The notes beneath the pieces are model-generated. The model did not search any database. It was not told the origin of the DNA and saw only the letters and a list, made by a program, of their open reading frames with translations. A stretch of DNA of 64,000 bases from Acidobacteriota bacterium (GTDB taxonomy: Bacteria > Acidobacteriota > Terriglobia > Versatilivoradales > Versatilivoraceae): NCBI GenBank assembly GCA_022821775.1, contig JAJECY010000107.1:861-64860 (forward strand), read 5' to 3'. How positions within the stretch are numbered: the first letter of the stretch is position 1; every line of letters begins with the position of its first letter. Positions 57,808 through 64,000 of the stretch are shown piece by piece. Both the position numbers and the translations under genes were made by a program.

Positions 57808-58800
57808 ATGCAACTCCGTCCGCCACAATCGATTGATCCGAACGTTCCGGCGATCATCCCCGAGGAACAGCAACAGAATTTCAAGGCGTTTCTCGACAGG
57901 GTGCTGGATGGCGTTGTGGATGCGGCTTCGCCCGGCATTATCCAGGCGGGCGACGAACTGTGGTTGGCAATAGCCACCATTGCAGTGACCTGGGCGGGAT
58001 TGCAGGTCGCCTTCAGCGGGTCCATCAATCCCTGGGAGATCGTGAAGCTCATCATCGTTCTGAGCATTCCCAAGACCATGCTGCACTACTACAGCCAGGC
58101 TCTGCCACACACCACCTCCACCTTTCCTCAGATCGTGGTGGAACAGGGGATCTGGCTGCAAAACATGTTTGTCTCCGACATCGTCTCCGGCATGCACACT
58201 GAACTCAACACCCTGTTTACCCAGCAGGGCAACTCCATACTGGCGGCCTGGCAGCGGATCGATATCGAAAACCTGTCACCCTCTACGGCATATGCCGTGA
58301 TCACTCAGGCAGTCCCGTCGGTCGCGTTCGTCTTTTTCGGCCTGCTCCTGCTGGCCCTGTTCTTCATCACCTATGCCCAAGTTCTCTGGGGGCACCTGGC
58401 CGTATCCATCTCTATCCTGCTCGGCCCCATCTTCATCCCCTGGTTGGTTTTCGAGCCAATGGCCTTCCTGTTCTGGGGTTGGTTTCGGTCGGTGCTCGCC
58501 TATTCTCTCTACGCGGCAATCGCGGGAGCCATCCTCCGCATATGGGGCGGCGTGGGACTGGGGTACGTCACCACATTGAGTCATTCACCGCCCCTGGACA
58601 ACTTTGCCGCGGTCGTCTACTGGTCGCTGATTCTTCTCCCTCTCTGCGCGGCTGGAATCCTGGCGGCCTGCAAAGTGGGAGAGATGACTTCGTTTCTGAT
58701 CTCAGGAGCCGCCTTCACTGGACCCGGAGGTGTCTCCGCGACCGTTCATTCGGCCGGTAGAGCTGCCAGGAATTTATCGAGAGCTGTTTCCAGGCGATGA
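57808..58800 (+). CDS. virB6: type IV secretion protein VirB6/TrbL family (polytopic inner-membrane)
   Basis: About 330 aa with 5-6 TM segments, a large periplasmic loop and Trp/Tyr-rich segments typical of VirB6/TrbL. Confidence 0.7.
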   Translation: MQLRPPQSIDPNVPAIIPEEQQQNFKAFLDRVLDGVVDAASPGIIQAGDELWLAIATIAVTWAGLQVAFSGSINPWEIVKLIIVLSIPKTMLHYYSQALPHTTSTFPQIVVEQGIWLQNMFVSDIVSGMHTELNTLFTQQGNSILAAWQRIDIENLSPSTAYAVITQAVPSVAFVFFGLLLLALFFITYAQVLWGHLAVSISILLGPIFIPWLVFEPMAFLFWGWFRSVLAYSLYAAIAGAILRIWGGVGLGYVTTLSHSPPLDNFAAVVYWSLILLPLCAAGILAACKVGEMTSFLISGAAFTGPGGVSATVHSAGRAARNLSRAVSRR

Positions 58801-59456
58801 TGTCAACAAAAGACACAGACCGTGAATACGCCGAAATCTGGGGTGAAACCCTCAGCTCCAATCGTCATCTCCGCCTTCTCTCCATGGGGCTTGGCGGACT
58901 GACTCTCTTGTTGGCGGTCGTAGTGGTGCGCCTCGGCTTTCGGGAGATGCCCCGCCCGATCGTCGTGCGGGTGGACGAGGTGGGTCGGGCCGAAGCCCTT
59001 CAGTACAAGGCCGTCGAAGCCAAATCCGACCCTCTCGATCCCACCACAAAGTACTTTTTGAATCGATTCATCCACGACCATTACTCTCGTCGGGCCGCCA
59101 CGGTACAGGAACGCTGGACCCGCAGTCTGCGCTTTCTCACCACCGACCTGGCCAATGCCGCATTCCAGGACGAAAACAGGAAAATTGCGCTGGTGGCCGC
59201 TCGAGTGGCTCCGGAAGAGACCAAAGTCGAGAACATCGTCTTGCGTATCCATGCCAATCGGTCGCCGCCTCATGGAGCGACCGCCGACTTTGAAATGGTG
59301 CGCATCCGGCAGGAGAAGGAAACAGGGCGGGATAAGTGGTCCCTTTCCCTGCAGTTTTCCTATATCAACCGAATCCCTCCTGATTTGATGGTCCACAACC
59401 CGATGGGCATTGTCATCACCTATCTGCAGGCGGATCGGGCTCTTGTAGCGGAATAA
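58797..59456 (+). CDS. virB8: type IV secretion protein VirB8/TrbF family
   Basis: ATGA overlap with virB6. Single N-terminal TM plus periplasmic NTF2-like domain (~220 aa). Confidence 0.65.
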   Translation: MMSTKDTDREYAEIWGETLSSNRHLRLLSMGLGGLTLLLAVVVVRLGFREMPRPIVVRVDEVGRAEALQYKAVEAKSDPLDPTTKYFLNRFIHDHYSRRAATVQERWTRSLRFLTTDLANAAFQDENRKIALVAARVAPEETKVENIVLRIHANRSPPHGATADFEMVRIRQEKETGRDKWSLSLQFSYINRIPPDLMVHNPMGIVITYLQADRALVAE

Positions 59457-59484
59457 CAACGGAACAACCAGGGGACGTACCGCC

Positions 59485-60459
59485 ATGAACGCCAGTGGAA
59501 TCGAAATGCTCAAGCCCTTGTTGCCGGGGCTGGAGAGGGTGCTCGAGGATCAACAGGTGAGCGAAATCATGATTAACGGGCCCCACAACGTCTGGATCGA
59601 GAAGAACGGGAAACTGGATTCCTTGTCCGCACCGGATCTCGACTCCAAGGCTTTGGGACGGGCCGCCATCCATATTGCTCGACCCCTGGGCCTGGATCCT
59701 GCGCTCTCGCCCCTGGTGGACGCCCGCCTGGACGACGGCTCCCGGGTGGCCATCTGCATGCCGCCAGCCAGTCCGATTGTAGCGATCACGCTAAGACGTT
59801 TCGGGGGGCGGTCTTTCTCGACGGACGACCTGGTGCGCCAAGGGGTATTGGCGAAAGAGATCCTGAATGCAGCCGCAGACACGCTGCGGGCACGGCGGAA
59901 CATCCTTGTTTCAGGAGGAACGGGGAGCGGAAAAACGACCCTGCTCAATGCTCTGATCGGATTGTTGCCCGAGACGGAACGCATTATTACCATCGAAGAT
60001 GTGCTCGAGTTGCACATTGAACGCAGCAACTGTCTTCGATTCGAGGCTCGTGGACTCAAGGACACGGTGACAATTCGAAACCTGGTGCGACATGCATTGC
60101 GCCACCGTCCGGATCATATCGTCATGGGCGAGGTTCGCGGTGGCGAAGCCGCGGACCTGCTGCAAGCCCTCAATACCGGCCACGGCGGCTCGTTGACAAC
60201 CATCCATGCCAATTGCGCTCAAACGGCCTTGGCAAGGCTGGCGAGTTGTGCCGCCCAGGCAAGCGGGCGGCTTCCATGGAGTGTGACCTGCCGCAGCATC
60301 GTTGACGGGGTCCGCATGGTGGTGCAAATGACGCGGCGGCGGGGCTTGCGGTTTGCGGAAGAGGCACTCTTTGTAGAGGGTTACGATGCCACCACCGACT
60401 GCTGGGACGTGAAGACAATTTGGAGAGTACAGTCTCTGGCAGTCAGCACTGCGGGATAG
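59485..60459 (+). CDS. virB11: type IV secretion ATPase VirB11/TrbB family
   Basis: Walker [17 protein letters not shown]. Asp box, His box and Walker B ([11 protein letters not shown]) of the VirB11/CpaF family. Confidence 0.9.
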   Translation: MNASGIEMLKPLLPGLERVLEDQQVSEIMINGPHNVWIEKNGKLDSLSAPDLDSKALGRAAIHIARPLGLDPALSPLVDARLDDGSRVAICMPPASPIVAITLRRFGGRSFSTDDLVRQGVLAKEILNAAADTLRARRNILVSGGTGSGKTTLLNALIGLLPETERIITIEDVLELHIERSNCLRFEARGLKDTVTIRNLVRHALRHRPDHIVMGEVRGGEAADLLQALNTGHGGSLTTIHANCAQTALARLASCAAQASGRLPWSVTCRSIVDGVRMVVQMTRRRGLRFAEEALFVEGYDATTDCWDVKTIWRVQSLAVSTAG

Positions 60460-60842
60460 AGCCATCTCCCTGGGCGCCAAGCTCTGTGGATGAGCTGCAC
60501 AGTTTGTTGAGATTTCCATGGTGGAACATCGTCCGGCAACAGGTGCACCCTGACCCAGCAATAAATCGGGTTTCCAATGTAAGTTGGCCGAGACCCGATC
60601 GCAGCAATTCTCCCTCGCAACCAAGCTCCCTCAAAAACACAAACGAGCGGTTGAGTTTCCGCTGAACCGTCGAGATCACCTGCTGGGCTGTTTCGGTCCG
60701 AGCAACGCACCAGTCAGGTCCTGATTTCATTCTCTGGTGTTTGGACTTTCGATGAAGCCGACCTCCCTCTCACGGCATTTCTTCGCACAGGAATTTGGAT
60801 GGAAACGGAAGGGTTCCTTCCGGAGACGTTTGGGGGGAGGTT

Positions 60843-63800
60843 ATGGAACGCAAGTTCAGGCTGATGTTCATCGGAACAGGGATCTGCCTTTGGCTGCCCC
60901 TGATTTTCAGCGAGGTCGAGGCCCGAATAATCACTTCAAAGTCGAGCCTGACCATCGACGAGGGTGGAAAAGGCTCCTACACGGTGCAACTGGATGCGAA
61001 ACCATCCGCTGAAATCACTCTGGATATCACGACATCCAACAGCGACCTCCGTGTCAAGCCCGAGGCGCTGACCTTCACTCCCGACGATTGGAACCAAGCC
61101 CGGAAAATCACGATCGAGGCGATCGTGGATGCCGATGCCGAAGATGACCGCGCCACCGTGAGTCATTCCGTTCGCACACCATCGGACAGGCGGGGGGCGA
61201 CAGCCAACCCGATTGCCGTCACTGCCCCAACCACCTCAAGCCTGAAAGTGACGGTACGGGACAAATCTGTCCCCAGCCACGAGATCAATATCAGTCCCTC
61301 CTCCGGGCTCTCCATTCGAAAGGGAGCGAGTGGCAGCTACAGTGTGTCGTTGACCGAGGAACCAACCGCATCGGTGACCGTCTCGGCCTCAAGCAGCCGG
61401 AGCGATGTCCGCGTGTCTCCTTCCTCACGGACGTTTTATGTCGGGACCTGGAACAGTTCTCAGCGCTTTACCGTTTCGGTCGACGCCGGCGCCACCAGTT
61501 CCGGTGCAACCATCAGCCACTCGGCTACCAGCGAAGACTTCAACTATCAGGGACTGACCATCGATTCGCTCCCGGTAACGGTCTTGCAGCCGCCAGCCGG
61601 GATCACCCAACCCCCATCGAATACGACGTTGCTCGTCGGTCAGACCAAGACCTTCTACAGCCCGCGACTGAGGAGCCAACCCACCGGTAACGTAACCGTT
61701 AACGCATCCAGCCAGGACGCCGGAACCGCTACGGTAACCGGATCGAAGAGCTTCAGTACCGGAAACTGGAACACGGCACAGGATTTCAAGGTGACAGGAA
61801 AGCGGGTGGGGACCACTTCAATCACCTATGACGTGGACAGTAGCGATACTCGCTATGACGGCTACGACCTGAACAGTACCTCGGTGACCGTTGAGGCGAC
61901 GAGCATTACTTGCGGGGCCGATGACACCAACATCCAACTTGGCGGCTCTTCAATCCTGAGTTGGGACAGCACCAACGCCAGTAGTGTCAACATCGACCAG
62001 GGGATTGGGACGATTCCGCTTGACAGCGCGGGACAAGGCAAGTCTGTTACTCCGCCTCAGCCCGGCGCCACGGAAACCTCCAAAGCTACGACTTACCGGT
62101 TTACCGCCTCGGGCGCAGGCAATCCCGGCACCTGCAGCGTCACCATTACCGTTTGGCGGCCGCCAAGCGTGGGTCGTTTCAGCGCCGCCCCCGCGACCCT
62201 CAGAAAGCAGCAGTCCACCAGGCTGGTCTGGGCTACCAGCCATGCTTCCGCTGCCTCCATCAACCAGGGAATCGGAACGGTTCCGCTTGACAGTTCCCAA
62301 GGAGGTCGCAGTGTGACTCCTCCTCAACCGTCGACAGCCGACACCTCCAGGAAAACGAGCTACAGGCTTACGGCCTCGAATCCGGGCTATACCGGCGCCA
62401 ATGCCGCCACCGCCACTGTCTCGGTCACCGTTTGGAACCGACCGAGCGTGGACAGTTTCACCGCATCGCCATCGACCATCAATGAAGGCGAAGATTCCAG
62501 CTTGAAATGGACCACTACCCACGCCACCAATGTCTCCATTGACCAGGGGGTCGGCTCGGTGTCCGTTGACGACCAATCCGGAAACACCAAGGTGAGCCCC
62601 GATCAAGGCACTACCTACACCCTCACGGCCTCGAACCCGGGCTATAGCGGCGCTCGCGCTGCGACTGACTCCGTTCGTGTGGCCGTTAACGCCTCAAGCT
62701 CGCTCCAACCCCAGACTCCGGGTCTGACGGTCTCACCCACTACACTCAACATCACTGAGGGAACTGCCGCGGAGAGCTACAACGTAAGGCTGAAAACGAG
62801 GCCGAGCGGTGACGTCACCGTCGCGGTAGACATCGAATCCGGAGGCGACTCGAGGGTTCGGAAAAACACCTCCTCCCTCACCTTCACTACGACTGACTGG
62901 AACAGGGATAAAGCAGTTCAGGTCTCCGCAGAAGAAAAATCGGGGACGGCAACCGGGCAGGCCAGGATCACCAATACTCCGTCCTCGTCCTATGGCGGTT
63001 CTGCCGTCGACGTCACCGTCAACGTTTCCGACGACGACACCGACGGCTGCGGAGCAACCGTCACGCCCACCCGTCTCACCATCGACGAAGGAGAGAGCAA
63101 TGACGGCTACTACGATGTGGTATTGGCCGCGAGTCCCGCGGCAAGCGTCACCATCACGCTCGACCTGGCAGGCGACCCCAGCCTGTCGACAGACAAGCCC
63201 TCTCTTACATTCACGACCGCGAACTGGAATATTTCCCAACGGGTAACGATCGAGGCCGGTGAGGATGACGACGCTTCCGACGGCAGGGTAGCCATTGCCC
63301 ACACGGCATCCAGTACCGATGAGGGTTGTTCCGGCATGTCAATCTCCAATGTGTCCGTGGACATCCGTGACAACGACGAGCCGCCGCCGCTGCCGGCAAT
63401 CACCCTTTCGAGTGACGGGAGCAGCGTTTCGGAACCGGACGGGACAGCCACGGTCACCGCTTCCGTTGCCAGCGGCGAAGAGCCGGTCGATGACCTGACC
63501 GTCAACCTGACTCATTCAGGTCGGGCTGCCAACGGAACCGACTATACGGTAGCCAGGCTGACCATCAGCAGCGGGGCAACCTCGGGTGAAGCGGAGTTGA
63601 CCGTCGTCGATGACTCTGTCGTCGAGGGCACGGAGGGAATAAGACTCATCGCCGGCGCCGACGGCTACCGGGACAGCGCCCCGCTTTCCATGGATCTGAC
63701 CGATGACGATTCGGCAGGCGTGTCAATCGCGCCAACGCAGTTGACCATCGCCGAAGGAAGCAGCGGGACCTACGATGTCGTGCTGACCTCGAAGCCGTCC

Positions 63801-64000
63801 CACGATGTGACCGTGACCGTCACCCACAGCGGGGACAGCGACATCGGCGTTGGTGACCAGGAGTTGACCTTCACTGGCTCCAACTGGGAAACAGCGCAAA
63901 CGGTGACGGTATCGGCAGCCCAAGATGCCGATGCCATCGATGACACCGCGACGTTCAGCCACACGGTTGCCAGCACAGATGGGGACTACAACGGAATCAC
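60843..64000 (+). CDS. giant secreted or surface protein with tandem ~100-aa Ig-like/cadherin-like beta-sandwich repeats (3' end beyond window)
   Basis: Frame 3 is open from ATG 60843 to the window end. Signal peptide MERKFRLMFIGTGICLWLPLIFSEVEA. Recurring LTIDEG..G.Y.V.L...P...VT(V/I)......D..V.P..LTFT..(N/D)WN..Q.VT(I/V).A..D.D..D modules. The ORF is absent from the supplied track only because it has no in-window stop. Confidence 0.75.
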   Translation, partial: MERKFRLMFIGTGICLWLPLIFSEVEARIITSKSSLTIDEGGKGSYTVQLDAKPSAEITLDITTSNSDLRVKPEALTFTPDDWNQARKITIEAIVDADAEDDRATVSHSVRTPSDRRGATANPIAVTAPTTSSLKVTVRDKSVPSHEINISPSSGLSIRKGASGSYSVSLTEEPTASVTVSASSSRSDVRVSPSSRTFYVGTWNSSQRFTVSVDAGATSSGATISHSATSEDFNYQGLTIDSLPVTVLQPPAGITQPPSNTTLLVGQTKTFYSPRLRSQPTGNVTVNASSQDAGTATVTGSKSFSTGNWNTAQDFKVTGKRVGTTSITYDVDSSDTRYDGYDLNSTSVTVEATSITCGADDTNIQLGGSSILSWDSTNASSVNIDQGIGTIPLDSAGQGKSVTPPQPGATETSKATTYRFTASGAGNPGTCSVTITVWRPPSVGRFSAAPATLRKQQSTRLVWATSHASAASINQGIGTVPLDSSQGGRSVTPPQPSTADTSRKTSYRLTASNPGYTGANAATATVSVTVWNRPSVDSFTASPSTINEGEDSSLKWTTTHATNVSIDQGVGSVSVDDQSGNTKVSPDQGTTYTLTASNPGYSGARAATDSVRVAVNASSSLQPQTPGLTVSPTTLNITEGTAAESYNVRLKTRPSGDVTVAVDIESGGDSRVRKNTSSLTFTTTDWNRDKAVQVSAEEKSGTATGQARITNTPSSSYGGSAVDVTVNVSDDDTDGCGATVTPTRLTIDEGESNDGYYDVVLAASPAASVTITLDLAGDPSLSTDKPSLTFTTANWNISQRVTIEAGEDDDASDGRVAIAHTASSTDEGCSGMSISNVSVDIRDNDEPPPLPAITLSSDGSSVSEPDGTATVTASVASGEEPVDDLTVNLTHSGRAANGTDYTVARLTISSGATSGEAELTVVDDSVVEGTEGIRLIAGADGYRDSAPLSMDLTDDDSAGVSIAPTQLTIAEGSSGTYDVVLTSKPSHDVTVTVTHSGDSDIGVGDQELTFTGSNWETAQTVTVSAAQDADAIDDTATFSHTVASTDGDYNGI

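Noticed and set aside
1-64000. Scan for tRNA, rRNA or tmRNA genes in all intergenic gaps
   Set aside because: No cloverleaf-compatible sequence (e.g. GGTTCGAATCC-type T-arm or CCA-adjacent acceptor stems) and no rRNA-like conserved blocks were seen by eye. A tRNAscan/Infernal run would be needed to be certain.

Overview
High-GC (~65-68%) bacterial chromosomal segment. A paired planctomycete-type cytochrome c/DUF1549/DUF1553 gene and DUF1501 gene, plus many NHL, PQQ and BNR beta-propeller proteins, suggest a Planctomycetota, Verrucomicrobiota or Acidobacteriota-like organism. Most intergenic gaps are short and genes are densely packed on both strands. Several secreted hydrolase-like proteins are present, including a PHP-family hydrolase and a DUF3604-like protein. 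The window also carries a TonB-dependent receptor flanked by repeat-rich elements, an apparently orphan OmpR-type response regulator next to a SixA-type phosphatase, an AmpG-like MFS permease followed by a PLP enzyme, and a sodium:solute symporter. Accessory or unusual content: (i) a family of ~180-bp intergenic repeats plus arrays of 10-bp-phased CACGAA(G/T) direct repeats at 8 or more sites, one forming a MITE-like inverted pair; (ii) a translationally coupled MMPL exporter, LolA-like periplasmic protein and outer-membrane beta-barrel operon; (iii) a divergent LytS/LytTR two-component system next to a Cys-rich secreted protein, a 1935-aa S8 protease fused to PPC repeats and a lactonase-type propeller, and a secreted thioredoxin; (iv) a Phd antitoxin with a truncated VapC, bracketed by 38-bp direct repeats copied from the 3' end of a neighbouring BNR gene, and a second relic of that gene's 5' end 1.8 kb away; (v) a lower-GC compact VirB/Trb-type type IV secretion operon (VirB2-3-4-9-10-5-6-8-11) with no relaxase or coupling protein in view, followed by a giant Ig-like repeat surface protein that runs off the window; (vi) a ~52% GC islet with a lone NYN-domain gene. 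No rRNA, tRNA or CRISPR was recognised. The many long antisense ORFs in the six-frame track are treated as high-GC artefacts.
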